A DNA stretch of 59,056 nucleotides from Nitrospinota bacterium (GTDB lineage: Bacteria; Nitrospinota_A; UBA7883): positions 1 through 59,056 of the forward strand of contig JAOUMU010000004.1 in assembly GCA_029881335.1 (NCBI GenBank), read 5' to 3'. Position 1 is the first letter of the stretch, and the number at the start of each line of letters is the position of its first letter. The position numbers were made by a program, and so were the translations under genes. Positions 21,054 to 30,045 of the stretch are shown here, piece by piece. The notes under the pieces were generated by a model. That model made no database searches, was not told the DNA's origin, and saw only the letters and a list, made by a program, of their open reading frames with translations.

Positions 21054-21797
21054 ATGGAAAAACAAAATAAAACAAGTTACCTTGCGCCTCTGTTTGCGGC
21101 TTTGGGAATAGCCGTGATGACAGGGCTATTCGCCGGTTGTGGAGACATCACGATCGACACGGGTCAGCTAGGCCTGGGGGACAATTCTAACGACTTATCC
21201 AATATCGGCCTTTCTCCTGATCCCTCCTGGCACAACTCCTACCTGGTGGGCGCCCACGGCAGCTTTGCTTGTGGGGACTGCCATGCTTCTACAGCAAGGA
21301 CGGGGGCCAGTTCCCCGCTTCTGCGGGAGATGTCCGGTGACCAGATATGCGCTCGATGTCATATGGGCGATTACAACAGGACGAGCCTTTTTAACCATGG
21401 CGCATACAAGATCGGAACTCATTGCAACTCCTGTCATTATTCGGACAACTTTAAGTACCACACCAGGCCCAGCCACAATAAATATCATGAAAAGATATCC
21501 TCCTCGTGCGTTGCCTGCCACCCTGGCAAAACCCCTGGGGGACATCTGGCCGATGGACGAACCGGCTTATGTGAAATGTGCCATAAATATCCGAACTGGC
21601 AGGGGACGGGCTTTAGCCATTCGGGCGTCACCTCCGGTTGCTCCAACTGCCATAGCAAGCATTATTCGGGCTTCCCTTGCGAGTCATGCCATACCTTCGG
21701 AATCAGCTGGGGTTTCAGCCACTCCAGGGTGCGCTCCGATGGGTGTCCGGCTTGCCATGGGTCTGATGGACATGGCGGCGGGGGTCATGACGACTAA
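21054..21797 (+). CDS. Octaheme c-type cytochrome, lipoprotein, paralog of the upstream gene
   Basis: Lipobox LFAGC; 8 CxxCH; shares PDPSWHNSYL, CHMGDYNRTSLFNH and HSRVRSDGC with 19910..20812. Confidence 0.9.
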   Translation: MEKQNKTSYLAPLFAALGIAVMTGLFAGCGDITIDTGQLGLGDNSNDLSNIGLSPDPSWHNSYLVGAHGSFACGDCHASTARTGASSPLLREMSGDQICARCHMGDYNRTSLFNHGAYKIGTHCNSCHYSDNFKYHTRPSHNKYHEKISSSCVACHPGKTPGGHLADGRTGLCEMCHKYPNWQGTGFSHSGVTSGCSNCHSKHYSGFPCESCHTFGISWGFSHSRVRSDGCPACHGSDGHGGGGHDD

Positions 21798-21996
21798 ATA
21801 CGGCTTGATTTTGGCCTGCCCTGTCCCCTATATTGGGGGCGGGAGCGTGAGTGGACCGGTTGACCGGTCCTAAGTTGGGAACGAATTGGTATTCCAATCC
21901 AGAGTGGAGAGGGGTAGGGGTGTGGTGTCCGCCTTGGCGCCTCGCTTTTCTGCGTATTAAGACAAGGCAGAATTAATTATCTTTCAAGGGGGTCTT

Positions 21997-24735
21997 TTGT
22001 CGCGAAGCGGTTTTCTAGCCATTCTGCTGGCGGCGGCGCTTTCCGCTGCCTCGGCCCATGGGCAGGGTCTGGGTTCGCTGATCAGCCCTGGCCCTCTGGC
22101 AAAACCTCATGTAGAGGTGGAAGGGCTCACCAACTGCGTTAAATGCCATGCCATTGGCGCCGGAGTGCCCAGTGAAAAGTGCTTCGAATGCCACAAGGAG
22201 ATATCCAGCCGAATCACCTCCAACAAAGGCTACCATGCCAGCGTGGCGAAGAAGAAATGCCACGACTGCCACGAGGATCATAAGGGGCAGGAGTACAAGA
22301 TGATCCAGTGGCCCGGCAAGGATATGAACCGGTTCGAGCACAAGGAGAGCGGCTACCTGTTAGATGGCAAGCATGTCCAGGTGAGGTGCGAGAAATGCCA
22401 CACTGCCAAGACCAAACAGGCGCGGCAAAGCTTTCTTTTGACATCGGACACATGCCTCTCCTGCCACAAGAAGGACGATGTCCACAAGGGCGTTCTGGGT
22501 GACAAGTGCGAAACCTGCCACACCACCAGCGGCTGGAAGGGGAAGGATCTTAAGTTCGATCACGACAAGGCGTACAAGCTTGAATATTCCCATATAAAGA
22601 CCCCTTGCGAAAAGTGTCACCCGGTGATAGGGCAGTACAAAGTTCCCGGCTTTGAAAAATGTGTCACCTGCCACAAAAAGGACGATGTGCACAAAGGCGC
22701 CCTGGGTGACGCTTGCGACAAGTGCCATGTCGCCAGGACGTGGAAGGGCAAGGATGTCCTTCTAAACCACGACAAGTTCTACAAACTAGATACAGGGCAC
22801 CGGAAGACCCCGTGTGAGAAGTGCCATCCGGTGAAAGGGCAGTTCAAGGTTCCCGCTTTTGAGCAGTGCGTCACCTGCCACAAAAAGGACGATGTGCACA
22901 AGGGCGCTCTGGGTGACAGGTGCGACAAGTGCCATGTCGCCAGGACGTGGAAGGGCAAGGATGTGCTCTTCGACCATGGGAAGGTCTACCAGCTGGAAAA
23001 ATCCCACGCTGCGGTCAAGTGCGAAAAGTGCCATCTGGTAAAGGGCCAGTATAAGGTGCCCGATTACAAGCTGTGCGTCACCTGCCACCGAAAGGACGAT
23101 GTGCACAAGGGTTCGCTGGGCGACACTTGTGACAAGTGCCACGACGAGAGCAAGTGGAAGAAGGTGATGATGAATCACTCCAAGACCAAATACCCCCTGG
23201 AAGGGAAGCACCTGAAAGTGGAATGCGCCAAGTGTCACCCCAGGGCCAAGGATAAGATTTACAAGGTGGAAAGGTTCGATCGCTGCTCTTCCTCTGGCTG
23301 CCACGATACACGGCAGCGGGGGGATGTGCATGGCGAGCAGTTCCGGGGCCGAGATTGTAATGAGTGCCACAATCTGAACGGGTGGATGCCGCCGCTTTTC
23401 TCCCACTCGGATGCGAACTACAGAGGATATAAACTGGATGGGAAGCACGCCGGAGTGGCTTGCGCCAAATGCCATGTCAAAAGCGCTTTCGGTGTGGTCA
23501 ACTATCGGCCCATACGATACGACACCTGTATGGGCCCCGGCTGTCACGACATACCCAGCCGCGGCGCCATCCATGGCAAGCAGTTCAACGGGACCAATTG
23601 CGACACATGCCACGACCTGAAAGGGTGGAAACCATCGGTGTTCTCCCACGACTCCCCATCCTACACCGGCTACAAGCTGTATGGCAAACACCGGCCGCTC
23701 AAATGCGAGCAGTGCCACGCAAAGAGCCTGTTCGGCGTGGTGCATTACCGGCCTGTAAAGAGTGGTATGTGCGATGACTGCCACAAGGATCCGCATCGCG
23801 GCCAGTTCGGCTCCACCACGTGCGCCACTTGCCATACGGAAGATGACTGGAAAAAGCTGCAGTTCGACCATAACCGCAACAGCCGGTTCGCCCTATACGG
23901 CAAACATGTGGGACCAGCCTGCGCCAAATGCCACCTGAAGAAGGGAATCCTGGGGGACGCAATGGTGTGGAAACCTCTGGGCAGGGAATGCATCGATTGC
24001 CATGCTGACAAGGATAAGCACAAGGGCGCCCTGGGCAAGCAATGTGACCAGTGCCATACCGAGCAAACATGGAAGACGGATAGGTTCGCCCACGAGCTGA
24101 CAGGATTCCGGCTGGAATACGCCCACCTGAGGCTCCACTGCTCCGATTGCCATGACAAGAAGGACAACTGGGCCGGCGTGGGCGAGAACTGCCGCAACTG
24201 CCACACAGACCCGCACTTCAACCAGTTCGGGAGTGCATGCTCCGACTGCCACAACGCCAGGGATTGGGAGCCGCGCAAGTTCAAGCACGCGCTGTTCGGA
24301 TTCCGCCTTGAGGGGGCTCACAGAATAGTGGAGTGCAAGGTGTGCCACCAGAACAGGCTGTACGCCAACACACCCACGGAGTGTATAGACTGCCACAGGG
24401 CCGAGTTCTTCAGCGCTGGCGCCGCGGCGATACACTCCCCGGACAATATCGACTGCCAGTTCTGCCACAGGCCATACTCCTGGAGGCCGGCATCGGGCCA
24501 CATGCACCGATCCATGACATTTTCCGGAGCCCATAAAAGGATCCAGGGCCAGTGCGACTATTGCCACACAAACGACTATGGGCTCAAGTGGCCAGGCGCC
24601 CAGACGGAACAGGATTGCGAGTTCTGCCACATGGCCGATTACAGGAAGGAGCATAGAAATTGCCCGACCACGTGTGGCTTGTGTCATAACACTAACGATT
24701 TCGATGATGGCAAGGAGACCATAAGGTGCGACTAA
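21997..24735 (+). CDS. Very large multiheme c-type cytochrome (34 CxxCH + 2 CxxxxCH), Sec-exported
   Basis: Signal peptide ending AHG-Q; 36 heme-binding motifs counted by hand in a three-heme periodicity. Confidence 0.92.
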   Translation: MSRSGFLAILLAAALSAASAHGQGLGSLISPGPLAKPHVEVEGLTNCVKCHAIGAGVPSEKCFECHKEISSRITSNKGYHASVAKKKCHDCHEDHKGQEYKMIQWPGKDMNRFEHKESGYLLDGKHVQVRCEKCHTAKTKQARQSFLLTSDTCLSCHKKDDVHKGVLGDKCETCHTTSGWKGKDLKFDHDKAYKLEYSHIKTPCEKCHPVIGQYKVPGFEKCVTCHKKDDVHKGALGDACDKCHVARTWKGKDVLLNHDKFYKLDTGHRKTPCEKCHPVKGQFKVPAFEQCVTCHKKDDVHKGALGDRCDKCHVARTWKGKDVLFDHGKVYQLEKSHAAVKCEKCHLVKGQYKVPDYKLCVTCHRKDDVHKGSLGDTCDKCHDESKWKKVMMNHSKTKYPLEGKHLKVECAKCHPRAKDKIYKVERFDRCSSSGCHDTRQRGDVHGEQFRGRDCNECHNLNGWMPPLFSHSDANYRGYKLDGKHAGVACAKCHVKSAFGVVNYRPIRYDTCMGPGCHDIPSRGAIHGKQFNGTNCDTCHDLKGWKPSVFSHDSPSYTGYKLYGKHRPLKCEQCHAKSLFGVVHYRPVKSGMCDDCHKDPHRGQFGSTTCATCHTEDDWKKLQFDHNRNSRFALYGKHVGPACAKCHLKKGILGDAMVWKPLGRECIDCHADKDKHKGALGKQCDQCHTEQTWKTDRFAHELTGFRLEYAHLRLHCSDCHDKKDNWAGVGENCRNCHTDPHFNQFGSACSDCHNARDWEPRKFKHALFGFRLEGAHRIVECKVCHQNRLYANTPTECIDCHRAEFFSAGAAAIHSPDNIDCQFCHRPYSWRPASGHMHRSMTFSGAHKRIQGQCDYCHTNDYGLKWPGAQTEQDCEFCHMADYRKEHRNCPTTCGLCHNTNDFDDGKETIRCD
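22453..23150 (+). repeat. Intragenic tandem repeat with 207-nt (69-aa, three-heme) period
   Basis: CxxCH-(K/R)KDDVHKG units start at 22453, 22660, 22867 and 23074; the units at 22660 and 22867 are nearly identical in DNA over ~100 nt. Confidence 0.85.
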
Positions 24736-25982
24736 GGTTGACTTTGGCCTTTGTGGCCGCGCTATTCACCGTATGGGCGCTTCCCGCCTCCGCTGTTAAC
24801 CTGAGCGGTCGGCTGGCCGGATCTTACTATAATCACGATGACGATGTGTCCGAGCAGGACCGCAGCGTCAGTAGATTCAAGCTGCGTCTGGACATCACCG
24901 ATTTCATGGCTTACGACTCGGCTTTCCACTTGAAGACCATCACTCGCTCCGTTTCCGGGCACGACTATAACGGCAACCTTCCCAGCCAGAGGATCGATCG
25001 GGCCGAGTTCGAATTGAAGGGCTTGGGCGGATTCATGGACTTGCATCTGGGCAGGATGAACATCCAGGATCTTTTCTCCACCAGGGTGGACGGAGCCAGC
25101 GTCGACTTCCACCTGGGCAAGACTTTTGGCCTGGGAGTGTTCGGCGGGCAGACTCCGGATCCTTTTTCCGACCAGATCAGCTCCAGCTATTCCACTTACG
25201 GGGCATACCTCTTCAATAGAGGACAGGCCACCCGCTTCTCTCTGGGATATGTGGCCACCGCCAAGGGGGGGGAGGATTCCACATACATTTCAGGCATGTA
25301 CTATTCCCTTTCATCCAGGGCTTTCAATTGGATGGCTGATTTCAGGATGGATGAGGACAAGGTGAGGAGCGAGTGGCGGATCACCGAGGCGATGGTGAAT
25401 CTGACCTACAGGCCAAGCAGAAGGGCCAAGGTGAACCTGACCTACAGCGAGTACCGTTCCATACAGCTGTTTGAATCGATGGACTACAGCGCCAGCTACG
25501 ACATGCAAAGGGCCACCAGGGTTTCAGGCGATCTTTTTTTCCTCCACAGCTCTATGTTGTACGCACGGTTCGACGCGAGGATGCGCGACTTCGACAGCAG
25601 CACGGCGGCTATGTTCATTGGCGGTTTCAGGCAGGACGATATGTTCGGATTGCTTAATCTGGACATATCCTACAGCGGAATAAACTATTTCACGACTACC
25701 TCGGACAGAATCAATATTGTTTTGGGCGCCGACTTTTTGCGGGACCTGAGTGGCGAGATAGAGATTACATCCATCAACAGCAAGCAGGAAGGGCAGAACA
25801 ACGCTATGACCCAGTTCGTTTATGGCGCCACTGTGGACTGGAGATGGAACAACCTGTTCGTATCGGCCCTGCTCCAGTTTTCCAACGAGAAGTTCCTGGA
25901 TGTGGACGCTGTTTACCAAAACAAAGCCTCCGACCATTTCGCCACCACTTCCTACTATCTGAACATGGGGTACAATTTCTAG
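24726..25982 (+). CDS. Outer-membrane beta-barrel protein (putative porin of a porin-cytochrome conduit)
   Basis: Signal peptide ASA-V, alternating amphipathic strands, BAM-type C-terminus YYLNMGYNF; overlaps the cytochrome gene by 10 bp. Confidence 0.82.
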   Translation: MRLRLTLAFVAALFTVWALPASAVNLSGRLAGSYYNHDDDVSEQDRSVSRFKLRLDITDFMAYDSAFHLKTITRSVSGHDYNGNLPSQRIDRAEFELKGLGGFMDLHLGRMNIQDLFSTRVDGASVDFHLGKTFGLGVFGGQTPDPFSDQISSSYSTYGAYLFNRGQATRFSLGYVATAKGGEDSTYISGMYYSLSSRAFNWMADFRMDEDKVRSEWRITEAMVNLTYRPSRRAKVNLTYSEYRSIQLFESMDYSASYDMQRATRVSGDLFFLHSSMLYARFDARMRDFDSSTAAMFIGGFRQDDMFGLLNLDISYSGINYFTTTSDRINIVLGADFLRDLSGEIEITSINSKQEGQNNAMTQFVYGATVDWRWNNLFVSALLQFSNEKFLDVDAVYQNKASDHFATTSYYLNMGYNF

Positions 25983-26017
25983 GATGCTGGCCTTGGCTGT
26001 TCGTCGGGATACCTGAC

Positions 26018-26443
26018 ATGGAACTGTTCAGGGTGTACACCGTCCGGGAAAACTATCAGGATCGCGACTCTGTGGTGGTGGACTGGTTCTGCGAGAATCG
26101 TAAAGCGCCGGTCGCGGCGCTGGAGCTGATGGTGGAGAACCTAGTGGATCTCACCGCCGTGGAGAAGACCGAGGCGCAAACTCGGCTGAACCAGCTTCTG
26201 ACCTCCGGCGAAACCGATGAACTGGCCCAGTACATCAGGGCCACTACCGGGTTCGAGGTGAAGCGGACAAGGATCGACATCCCTTTGCCGGATGGAAGAA
26301 AGGTTCCGGACTTCTCCGGCAAGTCCGCCAGCATGGAAGGGGAATATTTTCATATTCATGAAAACAGTGAATACAACCTGTCTATCCCCATCACAGGATT
26401 TGTAGACCTTTCCGAACCGCCCAACACCTTTTCGGTGGCGTAG
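26018..26443 (+). CDS. Hypothetical cytoplasmic protein
   Basis: 141-aa ORF from ATG 26018, 35 bp after the porin stop; no recognisable motif. Confidence 0.6.
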   Translation: MELFRVYTVRENYQDRDSVVVDWFCENRKAPVAALELMVENLVDLTAVEKTEAQTRLNQLLTSGETDELAQYIRATTGFEVKRTRIDIPLPDGRKVPDFSGKSASMEGEYFHIHENSEYNLSIPITGFVDLSEPPNTFSVA

Positions 26444-26456
26444 ATAAGAAGCCCTA

Positions 26457-27608
26457 CTATTTTATGGCCGGGTTCAGGCTGACCACATATTTTTGCGTTC
26501 CGGAGACCTCCTCCTGGGAGAAAGACGCAGAGCTCCAGAACATGATGTTTGGACCGTCCAGAGCTGAGCATTCGTCCGCGCTGACCATCCCGTCATTATC
26601 CTTGTCCCGGACATTGACATCGCATTCCGGAGTGTCCGCAATAGGATCGAAAGTGTCGCCATATCTCTCTGAAGTGTGCAGCAAACCCAGGTAATGCCCA
26701 ACTTCATGAGCCATGGTGTTCGCCACGGTGTTGATGTTCTTTCCCTGCAGGCTGGTGAACCCTCCGAAAGTGTTTATCGCTACACCGGAATTGGCGGAGC
26801 CCTGGACCAGTTGCGGGCCGGGCGCTCCTCCGGCGATTCCCAGAATCCCCTGAAAGCCGAAAGAGTCGACAAAGAAAATATTGATATGACCTTTCTTGTA
26901 GTTGGCGGACATCATGAAGAGGGCGTCCATATCGTCCGGCTGGCCGTTATTGTCAAAATCCGTGTCCATGTTCACATGGATATGTTTCCTCGCCTCGTCA
27001 GAGGTCAGGTATATAACCTCCACCGCCCCAACCGTAATATTCATCAAGCCCATGGACGCCTGGAAACGCGCCAGAACTTCGTTCAGGATCGGCTCCGCCT
27101 GGGCGGAGACATCCCCGGACGCGATTATAAAAAGGTTCAGGTTCAGTCGGGAGCCGGGAGCGGATTTTACATCGGTGTAGATTCCCACTTCTTTGGGTTC
27201 CGGCTCTCTGCTGCGGGTGTGCTTTATCCAGAAGGTCCACACCCCAGGCGGAAAATCGTAGTCTCCGCCATGGGGAATGGTCATCTCCACGGCGCTTTGC
27301 CCATAACCGTTGGCGAAGTTGCGGCCGATCAGGTCGTTACTCCCGCCATCGATAAAGCTTTCTCCGGACGGTCCTGAAACCTTTATGATATCCATGTCCG
27401 AGGCGTTTGCTCCATCGGCCATGATGGTAAGTGACACCGACCCTGCGGGAACCTGGATGGAGTAAGGGCCCGCTATCTGGCCAGGCGCCAGGAACTCAAC
27501 GGCCATGGCGTCCGGGTGACGGGGTGGCGGATCCCCATTCCCCTTGTCGCATGAGGCCGTCATGGCCGCCAGAGCCAGTAATATTAAAGTGATTCCACCA
27601 TTTCTCAC
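26457..27608 (-). CDS. Metzincin-type zinc metallopeptidase lipoprotein (M43/pappalysin-like)
   Basis: Lipobox MTASC, HEVGHYLGLLH (HExxHxxGxxH), Met-turn NIMFW, DKDNDGMVS Ca-loop. Confidence 0.8.
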   Translation of the reverse strand: MRNGGITLILLALAAMTASCDKGNGDPPPRHPDAMAVEFLAPGQIAGPYSIQVPAGSVSLTIMADGANASDMDIIKVSGPSGESFIDGGSNDLIGRNFANGYGQSAVEMTIPHGGDYDFPPGVWTFWIKHTRSREPEPKEVGIYTDVKSAPGSRLNLNLFIIASGDVSAQAEPILNEVLARFQASMGLMNITVGAVEVIYLTSDEARKHIHVNMDTDFDNNGQPDDMDALFMMSANYKKGHINIFFVDSFGFQGILGIAGGAPGPQLVQGSANSGVAINTFGGFTSLQGKNINTVANTMAHEVGHYLGLLHTSERYGDTFDPIADTPECDVNVRDKDNDGMVSADECSALDGPNIMFWSSASFSQEEVSGTQKYVVSLNPAIK

Positions 27609-27628
27609 AGGCCCTCTCCAGCTTCCTG

Positions 27629-28129
27629 TTACTTCAGCGAGGCCAGAGCCTTTTCATAATCCGGCTCCTCTGTTATATCGGGAACCTGTTGCGCGTAGAG
27701 CACAACGCCATCCTTCCCCACCACAACCACTGCCCTGGACAATAGTCCGGCCAGAGGTCCGTCAACCATCCGCACACCGTAATCCTCGCCAAACTTGCGG
27801 CTGCGAAGCTCGCAGGTGGTCACCACGTTCTCGATCCCCTCGGCGGAGCAGAATCTTTTGTGGGCGAAGGGCAGGTCCAGCGAAACGCCCAGGCACACCG
27901 TGTCTGGAATGGAGGTGATATCCTGATTGAAACGCCGGACAGAGGCAGCGCACACGGCGGTGTCCACACTGGGGAAAATATTGATGACCAGATTCTTTCC
28001 CGCAAAGTCCTTGAGTGAAACGTCGGACAAATCGGTTTTTGTAAGTAAAAAATCGGGCGCTTTCGAGCCGACCGCAGGGAGGGCTCCAGACGTGTTTACC
28101 GGATTGCCCTTAAGCTTGATTTCAGACAT
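27629..28129 (-). CDS. tpx: Thiol peroxidase (atypical 2-Cys peroxiredoxin)
   Basis: FPSVDTAVCA, SLDLPFAHKRFC, GPLAGLLSRAV. Confidence 0.95.
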   Translation of the reverse strand: MSEIKLKGNPVNTSGALPAVGSKAPDFLLTKTDLSDVSLKDFAGKNLVINIFPSVDTAVCAASVRRFNQDITSIPDTVCLGVSLDLPFAHKRFCSAEGIENVVTTCELRSRKFGEDYGVRMVDGPLAGLLSRAVVVVGKDGVVLYAQQVPDITEEPDYEKALASLK

Positions 28130-28455
28130 GCTACACCTCTCAACTTTAGAATTATACTATTGGAGTACATTGTAGTATATCCAGGTGTGATTCGAAAAAT
28201 GATTCTTCAATGTTTGTGGTTGCGCTCTCCTGAGAGGCGAGACCATGCCGGGGTAGCCTGGAATCGATTAATAATTTAGGATTTATTCGGCCCGATGGAA
28301 TATAATGCGGGTAGACAAAAGGATTCAGTTCCCAGGTTCCCTATGATTCGTGCGCTTTGACACATGAAGCAGGTAGCGGTCTGAAGCCAGGCGGGGGGGC
28401 GATATTGCTGTGATGTGCTACTACATGAACCCTGGTTGAGAAGGTTGCCATTGTG

Positions 28456-29460
28456 ATGAACTCCAAGCCACTTGAAGAAATGAGCATACTGCTGGTCGAC
28501 GATTCCCGCTTCAGTCGCGAAATCATCCAAAGTCTCCTGGTGAAGAACAACTTCAAAAACCTTATGCTCTCCGGATCATCAGCGGAGGCGATGGCGGTAT
28601 TGGGTGTCTCCACTCCCCAAAAGGAGGAGCGCGATGTGGACCTTATCCTAATGGATGTGGTTATGAAGACGATGGACGGGATAGAGGCCACCAGAGAGAT
28701 AAAGAAGCATTTCAGGTTCAAGGACGTGCCTATCGTCATGGTCTCCGGTGTAACGGAAAAAGAGAAGCTCCAGGAGGCCTTCTCCGCCGGCGCTTCGGAT
28801 TATATCGAAAAGCCGGTCAATGAAATAGAACTCGTGGCAAGGGTAAAGTCGATCCTGAGCCTGAGCAGGGAGATAAAGGAAAGAAAGGACAGGGAACTTA
28901 AACTGCTGAAGCTGACCAGGGAGCTGGAGGAGGCCAATAAGAAGCTGGAGGTTCTCTCCTCGCTGGATGGACTCACAGGAGTGGCCAACCGGAGGATCCT
29001 GGACCAGGCCCTCTCCAAGGAGTGGATGCGGATGGCGCGCAGCTCCCAGCCGATATCGATGCTCCTCATCGACGTGGATTATTTTAAAAAATTCAACGAT
29101 TCATACGGCCACATCGCTGGGGATGAATGTCTGAAAAAAGTGGCCAGGGCCATCAGCTTCTCCGTGTCTCGCCCGGGGGACACCGTGGCCCGATATGGGG
29201 GAGAAGAATTCGCCGTGATCCTGCCGGAAACCGATGGGCCAGGGGCTCAAAGGGTTGCTGTCGCCATCATGGAGAGGGTGGGCAAGCTTGGAATAAGGCA
29301 CGAATCCTCGGAGATAGGCAAAACCCTGACTGTCAGCCAGGGCGTGGCCACGATGATTCCCGTTGATTCAAAGAAGTCCAGCGCGCTACTGGAAATGGCC
29401 GATAAGGCCCTGTATAAGGCAAAACATGAGGGACGCGCCAGAATTGTGGCGATGAAATAA
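28456..29460 (+). CDS. Response-regulator diguanylate cyclase (REC-GGDEF)
   Basis: LLVDDS and LILMDVVM receiver motifs, coiled coil, DGLTGVANRR, RPGD I-site, GGEEF. Confidence 0.93.
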   Translation: MNSKPLEEMSILLVDDSRFSREIIQSLLVKNNFKNLMLSGSSAEAMAVLGVSTPQKEERDVDLILMDVVMKTMDGIEATREIKKHFRFKDVPIVMVSGVTEKEKLQEAFSAGASDYIEKPVNEIELVARVKSILSLSREIKERKDRELKLLKLTRELEEANKKLEVLSSLDGLTGVANRRILDQALSKEWMRMARSSQPISMLLIDVDYFKKFNDSYGHIAGDECLKKVARAISFSVSRPGDTVARYGGEEFAVILPETDGPGAQRVAVAIMERVGKLGIRHESSEIGKTLTVSQGVATMIPVDSKKSSALLEMADKALYKAKHEGRARIVAMK

Positions 29461-29631
29461 TTCAGGTCATGGCGGAGGCGGGATTGGTTCTATGTTGGAC
29501 GGGTGGTCGCGTTTTCACATACCCTGTTGGCGGAATAAACCTGCCGGAGCAGTGGAAGCCTGCATACCGGATGTTAAATATAGGGCCGTCATGAATCCTT
29601 CCTGGAGCATCGTTCATCTATCCACTTGATA

Positions 29632-29668
29632 TATAATCAGCCGTCCCCATGCCGGGGGCCGGCATGGG
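29632..29668 (+). promoter_or_regulatory. TATAAT -10 element followed by a perfect 10-bp hairpin in the dsrE leader
   Basis: TATAAT at 29632-29637; CCCATGCCGG-GGG-CCGGCATGGG at 29646-29668 just before the RBS. Confidence 0.45.
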
Positions 29669-29683
29669 AGTTAAGAGGGAAAT

Positions 29684-30040
29684 ATGAAATTCGCGGTGCA
29701 GGTGCTGGAGGCGCCATACAACAACCAGGCTTCAGACACGGCCTACCATTTCATCAAGGCGGCCCTGGAGAAAGGGCACACCATCGTCCGGGTATTCTTC
29801 TATCACAACGGCGTGATCAACGCGATCAACTCCGCCGAGCCGCCCAATGACGACAGGAACATCTACAAGCGCTGGACGGAACTGGGCAAGGAAAAGGGAA
29901 TCGATATCGTGGCCTGCATCGCCGCCTCCAAGCGGCGCGGGATCAAGGAGGGCCAGATAGTGGAAGGAACCCGCATATCCGGCCTGGGTCAGCTTGCCGA
30001 CATGACCATAGAAGCCGACAGGCTTATAACCTTCGGATAA
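29684..30040 (+). CDS. dsrE: Sulfurtransferase complex subunit DsrE/TusD
   Basis: RVFFYHNGV, active-site CIAASKRRGI, ISGLGQL. Confidence 0.92.
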   Translation: MKFAVQVLEAPYNNQASDTAYHFIKAALEKGHTIVRVFFYHNGVINAINSAEPPNDDRNIYKRWTELGKEKGIDIVACIAASKRRGIKEGQIVEGTRISGLGQLADMTIEADRLITFG

Positions 30041-30045
30041 GGGAG

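Noticed and set aside
22453-23150. Regularly spaced DNA repeats as a CRISPR array
   Set aside because: In-frame coding repeats with a 207-nt period and no unique spacers; no cas genes in the window
22786-24687. Long minus-strand ORFs within the large cytochrome
   Set aside because: Antisense shadows of repetitive Cys/His codons
29626-29640. FNR-like box TTGAT-ATATA-ATCAG before dsrE
   Set aside because: Spacer is 5 nt rather than 4 and the right half is mismatched; better read as a -10 element
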